From the NCBI GenBank assembly GCA_012295275.1, contig CM022671.1, positions 22,072,001-22,136,000 of the forward strand: DNA of 64,000 nt. Reading direction: 5' to 3'. This stretch comes from Chrysomallon squamiferum. Taxonomy: Eukaryota; Animalia; Mollusca. Position numbers and translations under genes: made by a program. A model generated the notes under the pieces. That model did no database searches, was not told where the DNA came from, and was given only the letters and a program-made list of their open reading frames with translations. Positions 12,991-26,700 of this stretch are shown piece after piece (position 1 is the stretch's first letter; each line of letters starts with the position of its first letter).

Positions 12991-14495
12991 ACACACCCAA
13001 AAGCAAGTTTGTAATGTCTGGTAATTACTTGTAAAATATTCGTACTCCATCACCTTTCCGTACTCGATTCGTACTCAATCAACTGTTACATTTCTGATTT
13101 CTGTCGCTAATGAATGTGATTACGGATTTATGCCCTTCCACCCTTCCCAAATTAGCTTTAATCCTTTTTTTTTTTTTTTCTTTTTTTTTTTTTTATTACA
13201 CGTAAAAACTGTGATTTATCGTTGGTAATATTATCAGTAGAAGAAGAATAATTTTAAAAAGTCATTTGTATCAATGAACTGCTTTATAATCGTAAATACG
13301 GTAGTATAATTATGTATGTATATATAGGTATTTGTATGAGTGCGCGTATCTGAATCTTTGTGGGTTTTAAACTTTATACAACTTTATTATTTATTTTATT
13401 GTATTATTAAAATTATTAATTTATATTATTAAATTATTATTTGTGTTTGTGTGTACGTACGTATTTATATAAATCTGTCGAATAATTATGCTTGAATTGA
13501 CGTACATTCTATCTTATATATTATTTAATTCTGTTAATCAGTTTAATATTTAATTTTGTGGATAATCACATTTGTTTATTTTTTTTAATTATCTTGGATT
13601 AACTGAGTTAATAAAAATATTATTACTTGAACCTTCATCAACTGTAATAGCTTAAAGTTACGACTTCAAAATTTGTTTTATTGCACATACGGGATCCCCT
13701 ATCATTTGCCACAAGTCATTAAACTCCTATAAAAATATAACCATGAACTAACTTTTAATTTTTTTTTTTTTTTTTTAAACTTTAAAGCACTCGTATTATG
13801 TAATCAAAATACGTTTGTATAATATCACTTTTTAAATTATTTTATACAAGTAACACACATTAAAAAAAGAACTTCCTAGGTTATTTCCCTTTCCACCCAG
13901 CTCAAACTTTATTCCATATAGTGAATGATTAATAAATTTAAATTAAATCTCTGAAAAACATTGCTATTATTTTTTTTTTTTTCTTCTTTTTTATTTTTAA
14001 TTTACAGAAATGGAAAAACAAGTATTATCCTACATCTTTTCAGAAATGTTATTATCACTTTATTGTTAACAAAGATCTAGTAATCTAAAATAATATGGAA
14101 GTGTAGATTTATTCATGCTATTTATTTCTTTTTTCTCATTAATTTACATATATGTAACAATTATTATTTATAAAAGTATGAAAACTGAAAACGTGTTTAA
14201 ATAGTGAGAAAGATAAAACAAAATCAAATTTCTGTCAATGTTTTTTTTTTTTTTTTAATTCTGAGATATCTAGAGTAAACACAGTGAATTGATAAAGAAA
14301 TCAGAAAGTTTATCTATAATAAGATAGAAAAAGCTTACATAAAGAATGTTTGAGGTCAGAAATTACAGTTATTGTTACTTCACAGGTTAAAACAAATGTT
14401 TTTTTTGTTACATTATAAACAGATTATAGATGTGTGTTTAAATATGCAGTATACATAATTATATAAAAACGATTAGTTCTTTCTTTCAAAAGCAG

Positions 14496-14528
<33 letters not shown>

Positions 14529-15332
14529 TTAAACACACACACACACACACAATGCATTTCAAAAATTAAAAAAAAAAAAGAAAAAATCCAGAGGGTTCAT
14601 ATTCATTTGCATCCTGCACAGCAAGTGAAACCCTCATTATGTTTTGTTTGTTTACTTAAATGAAAAAATAAAAATAAAAATATTAATAATAATCCACATT
14701 ACAAAAATCAAATAATTAGGGAAAAATAAAAATAGTACCTATTGATATATATTTCTGTGACATGTATAACCTCATAACTTTAGAATATTCTGTCTGCAAT
14801 AAATGTTATTTGTGTCTGTATATAAATTATAAATTCATTAACATTCAGAACAAGACAGATAAACCTAGCCAGCTGAACATTTTAATATTTCTTTGCAATA
14901 TTTAAAACTTAGCTTTCAAGTGAAATATTTTATTCATACTGTTTCACCACAGATACTTCATCCTACAAGAAGAGTGAAATGATTATCTATGAAAATGCAT
15001 AGAAATTCTTTAACATTATTCACTCTGTCCAAAGTGTGGCAGAATCCTTCATACTGTTGTCTCACTCGAAAGGGAACAAATTAAAATAAATCCATAAATA
15101 AAAAAAGTTGTTAGTGTATCTGCCAGATAACTGTTCATTTTAATTGAAATCGAGTAACGAACAATGAAGAATTTACATTACTTGGACTTGTATATACATA
15201 CATTCATCTCCTTGTAAAATTAAGTTGTTATAAAATGTCACATGTATCATGATACTCTTGCTGTCTTTAATTTACTAAAACTCTTTTTTAAGCTTCAGTA
15301 TTTTATTTACTGCATAAGTGAAGATACGTAAT

Positions 15333-15542
15333 GTCACATTTGGTCACATTTAGAATTTTCTTTCTTAAGCTCACAGCATGCCTTTTCTTACAGTACTTGA
15401 TACATGCCAACATCATGTGATCTCTCTCAGTTTGTAAGGAAGGTCACATTTGGTCACATTTAGAATTTTTGCTTAACCTTTGAGCACACCTTTTCTTTCA
15501 GTACACAATACACTGGAATATCATGCGATCATCTCTCAGTTT
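15333..15542. repeat. Diverged ~110-bp direct tandem duplication downstream of the CENP-E stop (likely 3' UTR)
   Basis: gtcacatttggtcacatttagaatttt at ~15333 and ~15443; both copies end in tctctcagttt. Confidence 0.75.
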
Positions 15543-16011
15543 ATTGTTAAAATGAAACTTGTTTTGCATTTCAAAGCTTCTTATCTCATTACTCTTTACC
15601 TGCATCTGCTTCTATGAAAAAAATATTTGCCTTGCTGCATATAAACATGTAAATTCTGAGCAAATTAAATTTCATTAGATGTATACTAAATCCTTAATAT
15701 CTGCAACAAATCAACACTCTTATATAACAGCATTGTATGTAAAGTCCATCACTCATATTTAGATTAAAAAAACTCTTCACCATGATTTGAATGAAGTCCA
15801 TTTGATTTTTCTTCACTTCCATTTTAACTGTATAGTTTTCACAAAAAAATAAATAATAACAAAATAAAAAATATATATAGGAAGGTTATGTGAATCCAAA
15901 ATTATCATCTCAAACATCACAGAAATAATATAGTTTGGCCTGAAAGATAACACCATTCCAGATTTTGATGTATGGTTGTTTTCCTGGAAGTTTTGTGAAT
16001 TGAGTTTAATT

Positions 16012-16248
16012 TTACTGTGTTTTACAGTTGTCAGGCTTATCTGCAGTGTTTGTGAGATCAGGAATTTTGAACTGAGGGTCAGTTCTTGAAACTGGAGGTT
16101 TCTTCTTCCAAACATTGTCTAGCTTGAAATCAGAAGACTCATCAGCACAGGCTGCAATAACAACAATAACAATAACAGTAATAATAATAACAATAATAAT
16201 TATATTTGGATAATTTTAACAATAATAATAATAATATCAGTAATAATA

Positions 16249-16307
<59 letters not shown>

Positions 16308-17044
16308 AATAATAATAATAATAATAACACTGATAATAATAATAAAAATAATGGTGATAATGATGATGACATAATAAATAAATAAATAAAATTAGTAACA
16401 ATATGAGGTTAGGCTGTATGGCAGCAACAATGAAAAGAGTTAATAATAAAAGATATATAAGCAACAATGTATTATTCAGTCATATTAAAGAAGGTTTTAA
16501 AATGTACCTTTCAAATAATGATTAAAAAAAAAAAAAATTAAAAATAAAATTAACACTAAATATAATCTATGTTACTGTTGGCAAAATTGTGCAGATCTGT
16601 TATTCATATCAATTTATTTTCATGTTATATTTTGCAGAGATAACTGAAAAACAAAACAAAAAAGGGAGGTTACCGTGTATTTTTTCTGGAGACGTTATTG
16701 GCAAGGATACATTCTCTTTGTTTATACTGAAAGACAGAAAGTTTATTATTTAAAAGCTAATAATATATAAATAAATTTTTTTTTTCTTTTTACTGAAATC
16801 ATATTCCATTGTTAGTATTTAGGGAAATGTAAAAAAAAAAAAAAAAAAAAAATGTGTCCATCTGCTGGTATTCACTCTTCTTAATTTTTTTTTTTTTAAC
16901 TTACTGACCCAGATTTTTTCTTTTAATATTATCAGTTAAAAAAATACATGTATTTTTATTTAAAAAAGGTATTTGATCTTTGAAAATCACTGGTACCATA
17001 TCTCAGTTTTTATCTATAAAATACAAAGATATATTTAATTCAAA

Positions 17045-17078
<34 letters not shown>

Positions 17079-17478
17079 TATAAAAGGACACACAGACTCA
17101 CACATTCAAACACACACACACACACAAACATGCACGCAGTCATTCTTAAAATCATGATCTCAAAATTAATTCATAAGCTTAAGAACTAAATTATTCACTA
17201 TGTTGCTGTTTGTATTTCAGTGTACCTCAAAGTGCTATTTATCTGACATTTAAGGGACTTGTTTTCTTCTTCCAGGCGTGACAGCTGCAGTTCCAGCTTG
17301 TTCACTCTTCTTTCCAGTATCTTTTTCTCACTCTCCAGTATGCACGTAGAGAAGTGGTCCACCAAGCCACTGGCAGGTACTAAAGATGTACGGACGTTGC
17401 CTGTGTCTGATGACTGCTGACTGTTACAGACATCAGATTGGGCTTGCTGTTTTTGTTCATCATCCTTAGGACAAATAA
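16012..17478 (-). CDS. CENPE: CENP-E C-terminal tail (last three exons) ending in the CAAX motif CKTQ
   Basis: [25 protein letters not shown] resembles the vertebrate CENP-E GSGIV...LKSE segment; NKENV; TSPEK; ...DKPDNCKTQ then TAA at 16014-16012. Confidence 0.85.
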
Positions 17479-18378
17479 CTGAAATGTATGAGAAGAAAAA
17501 ATATAATAAAATAAATAAATAATTTAAAAACTAAACCAAACCAAACTTAAATAAACTAAACTAAACTATACTAAACTAAAATAAACTTGAAATAAACTAA
17601 ATTAAAATAAAATAAAATAAAATATAATAAAAAAAATAATAATAAAATAAAATAAAACAAAATAAAATAAAGAATAAAATAAATTTAAATAAATAAATAA
17701 ATAAAAAAAAAAAAAAAAAAAAAGAAAGAAAGTAAAATAAATTAAATAAACCCATAAAATTATGTAAATAAAATGAAGTTTTAGCCATACAAACTAATAT
17801 TTTGCAAAAAATAATATTAATCATCTTGCAGGAAAAACAAATAATCTCCGTCCTTGTAACTTTATTCAAGTCTTTATTTGAAATAAAATGTAATAAACAG
17901 TAACAACAGTAACAATAAATTAAAACAATTACAGCTTCTGTCGCAGTTTTTCTCCATTCGTCTTATTTGAGCTTTAAGTCTTCCTATCACAGTGTCTTTG
18001 TATGACATGGTGGCATCTTTCCCTGAAAGTCTGTTTCAAAAATATACATCATTTAATAATCTCTACTGACTATATTATTATACTACATTAATCTTTTAAT
18101 TACAAAGAAAATTTAAAAATAGAAATTAAATTTATTAAAACATACTCATTAAAATTAAAACTAAAAACGTTATTAAATACCCATTTGTTAATTATGACTA
18201 TCTGAACTGCTCAAAATTAAATAAATTTGAATAATATGTTTTTTGGCAACTTAGATATTCCAGTAAAAGACAGCACATAATTTTTACAAAAATTTTGGAG
18301 AGATCTATATAAATATAAAAAAATGTTTGATACCTAAGACTAACATAGTAATCAGTTTCCTTTTTTTCTCTTTCTATC

Positions 18379-18424
<46 letters not shown>

Positions 18425-21400
18425 TTATTTTTTTTTTTTTTTCTGATACATTTGCAAATCTCTTGGGGTTCAGAATTATTATTAAAAATGTTGGCCAAAA
18501 AGGCATGCTCTGGCATTATTCTTTAAATATTCATTCTGATTCATTCTGATTCATCTGCTGTAGATCTAAAGAAAAAAAGTACTGAGGCAGTTCTTACAGG
18601 TCTTCAAATTTCTTCTCCTGCGTGGTCAGCTGGTTCTTTATGCGAAGAATTTCAAGGTGCAGTTCCTTCTTTTCATTTTCCAGTTTGCTGATAATTTCTG
18701 TAAATTTAAGATACATTCATACACAACAATTCATCCAAACATAAATGTTTTTGGTTTATCCCAACCCTGCATTTTAACTAACTAACTCTACCCTTTTCAC
18801 ACTTTTTCTTGAATTCAAATTTTAGTTGAAAAAGATCTGTTCTGCTTTGAGTTTTTCTGACAAGAATTAATTTTAGATAAACAAATGTTATATGTAATTA
18901 ACATTAGAAATCATGAAAACTGAGTAGGGTGTTGTTATGTTCTTTTATTGTTAACAGTGATCTTGTTTGCCATTATGGAACAGCATTCAGCAGTAAAAAA
19001 AATCAACATAGTAAGAACAATTTACAAACCATCTTTCTGTGCATTTTCAGTTTTCCAGATTTCCTCTTTTTCCTCATATTCGATACACTTCATAGTCATA
19101 TTCTGAAATATTAGTTCTATCTTACACAATTACTTGAAATAACAAGACTATAAATTGTGTAAATATCTAGAACAAATTTCCAAACTGGCCATCAGCCATG
19201 GATTTTCTATTTGTACTTCATTACATACTGATGCCAACATGCAAATATCTATGCCTAAACACATTCCTGAAAATATCTTCACTGAAATGACTGATACTTA
19301 AAACATTATAATGAATAAGTTGAAACTTTGTTTATATTTATGGTGCATTTTTGAACATCAGCTGATTTTTAAAACGAATTAATGAAGATGCTTTTGGTTG
19401 CATTATCTTTTTCAAACTGTTGTGTAAACATACATAAAAAAAATGTACAGTGGCTAAAATAATTAAAAGTAGATTCAAGCCTCAGGATTTCTTGCTAGTT
19501 TTAAATATCTGAAGCTGAGCCATTTTTAAATTACATATATCTAAGCAATAAGTTGAAGGAGTATAGCCATGAAAAATCTTTGATAGTAACTAAAGTTTGA
19601 CATAAGAGCATTTTATGATATTAACAAAAAATTACACAAACCTTCCAGTATTCATCTCTTGACTTGGATTCCTCTCTTTCTTGCTCCATCCGCAGTACAT
19701 TTCTCTTACGCATTAGAAACTGTAACATATAAAATACTGTGAAAGCAAACTTTTTAGAAATAACAATTTAAAAAACCTAAAAAAACCCAGATGTATATTG
19801 TACCACTAAATTGCAATGACTCCTTATATAAAATTATTCTGATTATAATTTTTTAAATATTTTTTTTTACTGAAACACACACGAGAGTTAGTATTTAGAA
19901 TAAAAATAAATAACATAATTCAAGTCAGAAAATATATTATATTTCAGTATTTTACATTCAATTCAAATATTGTTACTGGAAGTCTCTGTTTTGAAGACTT
20001 TATATTAACATCTTACCAATTCATATAAAATCTGTAATCTTGGCAAATGTATTATTCAATAACATACTAATTATGATGAATAAAAGATTTTAAAATAAAA
20101 ATAAATATTTTTTCATTTTATATATATAAAATAATAAATAATAATAAATGCTTAAAATATCTTACATCTATTTTGAATCTCTTTTCAACAACTGTCATCT
20201 TTTTATGAAGGAGAGACTCTCCCTGAAAATAATTTTATTAAAATTAGATGTAAATATTTTCAACTTTATCATGGATTTTACATTTCTAAAGTTAGGTCAA
20301 TAATTATTATTATTATTTTTTTTTTTTACATTAGTTGCTAAATAGGTTAGTGATATGAAATCAGCTCTGATTCAAATGTACATGACAGAGCACTGAATCA
20401 CAGTATTGGCTACCACTGTCACCACCAACCTTCCAGTTAAAGGAGATATACCAAATGTTTAGCTTATTTCAATTTTAATGACATTTTAATAATTCAGTTT
20501 TGGAGACATCTTGTAACCAAAATTAATATCTCAAAAATTTTAAATTCCTAAATTTTCTGAAAAAAAATGAACAATAAAAACTAAAAAATTAATAATAATA
20601 ATTTGAATGAGAAATACAATGAAATATTTCCCATATTTTCATGAAGATATAAAGTTAAATTGTTACCCTACAGACCTCATTTCTAGAGGGCCAGTCACCT
20701 TCTTCACCTATAGCCAGTATTCTCTCAACTATCTCCTCCAACCAAAAAAAAAAAATATATTAAATTTAAAACTCAGTTTTTCAGTACCAATTGATTTAAG
20801 TTCTTTATTATTTCTATTTTAAATCAACAGCATTCCAGGCATTACAGTATTCTTGTAGAGAAAATAAAATTGTTATGAATTATTGCACACAAGAACGACT
20901 GAGTATGTTTTAGTCACACTGACTTATCTGTAAAATATCTGTTTTAAAAGAATCTCTTAAAAATGGATACGATTTCTTTTTTCTTTTCTTTTTTTAAATA
21001 CAGCTGTATAAAACAAAATTGTCTTATGAGTGTCTGATTTCCTTTTTAAAAATTCCTCTGATAGGCTTAGGATGGTGCTACTTGTTTTGAAATTTAAAAC
21101 ATTCTGGAGAGATGGGCTACACCAACATGTTTCAAGTACTAACTCAAACATCGATAACAAAAAAACACTAGATCAACAACCAGAAATTAGAAAGGGTTGA
21201 CTCCTGTTCATTTAAGTGTAAAGTGACAAAAGCATATTCTCACCTTCCTCATCTCTTCCAATAAATCCTGTTGTTCTATTGGCACATTTCCTGACTTCTG
21301 CTGCAGTTCCTGCAAAATGTGGATATTCAAAATAGAAATAAATGGAAAACAAATGCACGTACACAACTTTCACAAACACAATGATGCATCTGTCTGTGTG

Positions 21401-23675
21401 TGGATGTAAAGAGACTGAACAAACAAACAAAACAAAAAACCCCACAAAAACATCCAAGATTATTTAAAATGCTCTTCCTTTCTTTTTTCATTATTAGTTT
21501 TAATTCATTTTTTTTTTTTATTTTGGTTGTTTTTTTAAACTCACATTCATTCTTTTTTCTGCTTCCTTCATCAATTCATCTTTTTCAGCCATTTCTGATT
21601 TGAGCTTTTCAATTAAATTTCTCAAGTCTCCGTTTTCCTGAAAAATGAAAAATTTCTTTGTAACTTTATGCATTCCATTTTATGAAAATTCAAATAGAAA
21701 TTGGGGAAGAATAATATAATGCAAGAATATGATTATGAACTGAAAAATTATAAAAAAAAAAACCCAGTTCTTGTTATTACATTCTGCCTTAATGGGCTTA
21801 TTAAAGTGCCATGCCATCAAAAATAACCTAAGTTATGATAATAGTTGCTTGGTTATCAATGGAGTAACATCAATTTTAATAAAATGAATAAATGAATAAA
21901 TACATAAATAAATAAAAACAATATATTATTGATAAATTTATTAAATTATAAAATGTATTGGGTAATAAACACATTTACTTACTTCAGATAATTTTTCAGC
22001 TTCAGCCAGCAGTTCCATTTTCTCAGCCAATTCGGATTTAAGTTTTTCCATCTCTGTCAGAAACTCCTGTTTCTCCTACATTACAAAAATCATGATAACT
22101 GTATTTATTTAACTGTACGTTAATTTAAAAATAAAAATAAATAAACCTTTCAACTGACAAAATTAGTCACTTGTTCTCAAGCATGAGACATAAAAGTACA
22201 AGGAATGCACAGATGCTAACAAAATATCTATAAAACTTTGTTACAGTTGTGGCTACATATGATTGTGAAATTAAGATTTCTTATTACATTTGGAACCACA
22301 AATTTTTTTCATAATGACTAATTAAATATCTATGAATAATTGAATATGTTTCAGAACACATGACAGACATAGTCAGTCTGCTGAGTGAATTAATTTGTGA
22401 AGGAGAAAGCTATAAAGTGTTACCATGGTGAGGTTATCCACTAAATCTTCTTGTAATGTTATGGTTGTCTGCATCTGATTAACAGTTTGATCTTTTTCAT
22501 TAATCTGTGAATTTAGCTTCTCAATTCTGGTTTTCAAAAGATTTATTTCCTGTTTAAAAAAAAATTAATAATAATAACAATTATGAGGTTGTTGAAATTT
22601 CTAAATATGTTTAAATGTACATATCAATATGATATATAAGTTAACATGAGGTATATACTTAGTATCATTTTCAAAACCTTTTAATATTTACACAAAAAAT
22701 ATGCACTACACGTGTGTATATCTAAAATAATGAATAAAAATGTTTTTTCTTTTAAATGCAGCAAAACATTTAAACAAAAAAAGTATCATTTCTTTTAATG
22801 TTTTTGGTACTTAAATTTCTTATTTAAAAAGAAAAAAAAAAAGAAATATGAACAGAAGAAAGTGTAAATCTATTAATAATTCACTAATATGCATGTGAAA
22901 CTGAAGTGCTGTGTTTACCGCTCTGTAATCCTCTAGTTTAAAAAAAAAAAAATAATAATAACAATTATGAGGTTGTTGAAATTTCTAAATATGTTTAAAT
23001 GTACATATCAATATGATATATAAGTTAACATGAGGTATATACTTAGTATCATTTTCAAAACCTTTTAATATTTACACAAAAAATATGCACTACACGTGTG
23101 TATATCTAAAATAATGAATAAAAATGTTTTTTCTTTTAAATGCAACAAAACATTTAAACAAAAAAAGTATCATTTCTTTTAATATTTTTTGTATTTAAAT
23201 TTCTTATTTAAAAAGAAAAAAAAAAAGAAACATGAACAGAAGAAAGTGTAAATCTATTAATAATTCACTAATATGCATGTGAAACTGAAGTGCTGTGTTT
23301 ACCGCTCTGTAATCCTCTAGAAGACTCTCACTGCTTCCTGCCTCGTTTTGTACAGTGGAAATTACTTCATCCTTCACAGCTAGGTCAGATTTCAGTTGAT
23401 CTATCACAGTCTCCATCTCACTCTCTTTCTGTACAGTTCAGTAGAATTATTATTGTTATTATTAACTACTATCATCAATTAAAATAAAGTGAATCTTACA
23501 CATATAAAAGGACACATCTAAAAAACAAAATGAACATACATGCCTACTTAGAGACACATCATCCTTGAAATTATGAAAATGATAATTACAAAATAATAAT
23601 AATCAAATAATAATAATAGTAGTAGTAGTAGTAATAATAGCAGTAGTAGTAGTAGTAGTAGTAATAATAGTAGGA

Positions 23676-23715
<40 letters not shown>

Positions 23716-26700
23716 CAATAACAATAAAGTTTCAGTTTTAATGTTAATATATTTCCATTCTAAAGATAATGCAAGTAAATCTGAATATAGTGGACGAACT
23801 CCCCCTCCTGTAAAGAATTAATTTAAAGAATTTAAAAATCAATGGTAATTTACAGGGACTGGAACCAGTGACTGTTAAACTGTCTACTTTACTTACTGCT
23901 GTAAACTTGTCAAGTAAATCCTCCTGCATGGTCACAGTTGTCTGCATCTGAACAACCATCAGCTGTTTTTCTTCACATTCTGTCTTCAACTCTTCTACCA
24001 CTGACTGTAGTTTAATAATTTCCTAAAAAATGGAAATATTCAAATAAGTAATTCCAAAAAAATAAATAAAAAATAAATAAATAAAAAATATACATATATT
24101 GATAATCTGCATTCATCTTAAGTTGTAACAGTGTTTGATAAACTGTATTCAAAATTATCAAATAATTTCAAACAACAAAAATAAGTTTTAAAAATTTGTG
24201 TATTAATTATGGTCATGAAAGTTTATTTTTAATTACTTCCATGGAATATGTTTTAAATATAGACAAAAAAAAAAAAAAAAAAAACTATTATATTTAACCT
24301 TCAAAAATATATAATAATCTTTCACATCTTTTTTTACCTGTTCCAAGACAGCCACCCTGTTTTTGTGTTCCTGAATTTGATTTTCTTCCTCTGAAAACAT
24401 CTCATTCTTTTCAGAAAGTTGTGATTTCATGTCTTCCATCTGACTTTCCAGTTCCTCTTTTTCCTGCAATAAATTTCAGTGTGTAACTATGATTAAATTT
24501 AAAAAGTCTGATTTATTCTGAATGAGAAAGGAATAGTCTATGTTTTATGTTATTTACTATGACATATTGCATTAAAACCATGATGGGCAATTATGTCAAG
24601 ACTAACAACAAAATGACTATATTTTGGATCTAAATCCTTATTGTGTTGAATATGTATCAAGTGTAAACATAAGACAACTTAATTTTAAAATCTGTAAAAT
24701 TATCTATCTCTGAGAATTTCACAACCAGACAATGAGGTAAATGGTCTTTGAATGTGATGATATAAATAATACAAATCTGGTAAGAGAACTGATTTTCTAA
24801 ATGAAATGTACTAAATCCTTTTCTTAACTCATTAATTGGTTAACAGTTTCTCTTCTACAAACTGACACATTTATTTTGGCAAAACTATTTTATCTGTGCA
24901 TTCATTATTTGGTTCAGAGAATTTCAGACTTGTAACATGAGAAAAACACATTAGTAATATTGCACTTTCATTTGACTGACCTGAATTACTTCCTCTATTC
25001 TGTTTCTCAGCTGTTTGGCATCACTCTCAACTTGGTTCAACATTTCAGATTTTTCTTCAAGCTCATGTTTCAGAGATTCAGTTATACCTTCCAGTTCTTC
25101 TTCTTTCTGTAAACATCACAATTTTTCAAAACGATCTTGTTCAAATGCCACTTACTTTGTTCAGTAATACATTAAAAAACAATACATCTAACCTGCACAA
25201 CTTAAGTTACTTAAATACTTCAGCATATAAACTTCTGAAAATAATCAATTTAATTAAATTATTTTTGTCTTGATTAAGATAATAATTCCTTGTTGCTAAT
25301 CAACAACAGCATATCATGTTTTCTCTATCACACAGTTAATAATAAAATTTCATTCAAGCATTGTTAACACACATGAGTTCAACTACATCAAAAATTAAGG
25401 ACCAGTTTCTTGGGTTTTTAATTAATTATAATTTATCTTTATTCCACCCTCAAAACATTTGTTATTTTTATTTCAGGTGCAATAAATACAAGCTGACACA
25501 AGCCATCTAAATAAAGTAATGGATAAAACATATAAAGAGAAAAAAAAATCAGATGAATTGTTTAAGCTAGATTAATATAGGCCCAGGTCTATGAGACAGG
25601 TGTGAATCTATAGTTAAGAACAATAACTATACCTTTTTCAAAACATCCACATCTCTGCTAGATTCAGTGGCATTTTCCAACTTAATCAACTTTTCAGTTT
25701 TTCTTCAAGTTCTGCTTTCAGCTTTTCATTCAAAGCTTCCAACTCTGCTTGTTCCTGGAATTTAACATGATTTGAAATTTAATAATAACTAGTAATCCTT
25801 ATTTTTTCCCCGTTTTGCCTTGTACCCAAAATTTTAAAAAATCAAAACCTCACTGAATTTAAACATGTTTACTTTCTTCTATGATCACCTTGTTAGTATT
25901 GTGTGAAATCTGGGTTTGTTTTCAGATAATCAACCAGTGAAAAAATCTAGAAAACTGTAATCTTCTAATTTTTTAAATTGAAATTAATTATACATAACAT
26001 TTAGCACACACACAACTTATGAGTAAAAAAGTGGACAAAGTATATATCTAAAGTGTAGTTAAAATCAAAGAAAAGAGAATGCAAGACAGTAGAAAATGAT
26101 CTCTGTTTGGTACATACTGAGTGGTGCTATATGAATTAACTTCTTACCATGGTAACCTTGTCAACAACATCTTCCTGTATAGAGACAGTGTCCTGCATCT
26201 GTTCTATAAACACATCTTTATCACACATTTCTCTTTTCACCTTCTCCATTTCGCTTTCTAAGTCTTGGATTTGCTGAAAGAAAACCAAAAAAACCCCATA
26301 AATATTCTTTAATTAAATAAGCTATAGAAATACATTAACGTGAAAAAGAAAACAACAATAAAGTAATGTATCTTTTCTGTTATTAATACTATTACTATTT
26401 TTTTTTTTTTTTTAGTATTTATTTTAAAAAATTACAAATTTGAATTAGCAGTTCATGGCACAATGGTCAATACTTTTTATTTAAAAATTTGTTTTTTAAA
26501 AAAATGTAAGTAAATGCAAGTTCAAATGTGACTGAAATTATAAATACTTTTTTTTAACTGTATACATGATGTTGCTATTAATATTTATTTTTTTCCCCCT
26601 TCAGAGTATCTTGAAAATATTATCATTTTTCTAACCTCTTCTAAGTTAGCAATCCTGTTTCTATAATCCTGAATTTGACTTTCTTCCTCTGAAAATAACT

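Noticed and set aside
20670-21110. Possible extra CENP-E exons (e.g. [10 protein letters not shown] near 20676-20707; ORF 20957..21160)
   Set aside because: Not phase-compatible or lacking convincing splice sites; flanking exons join in frame without them
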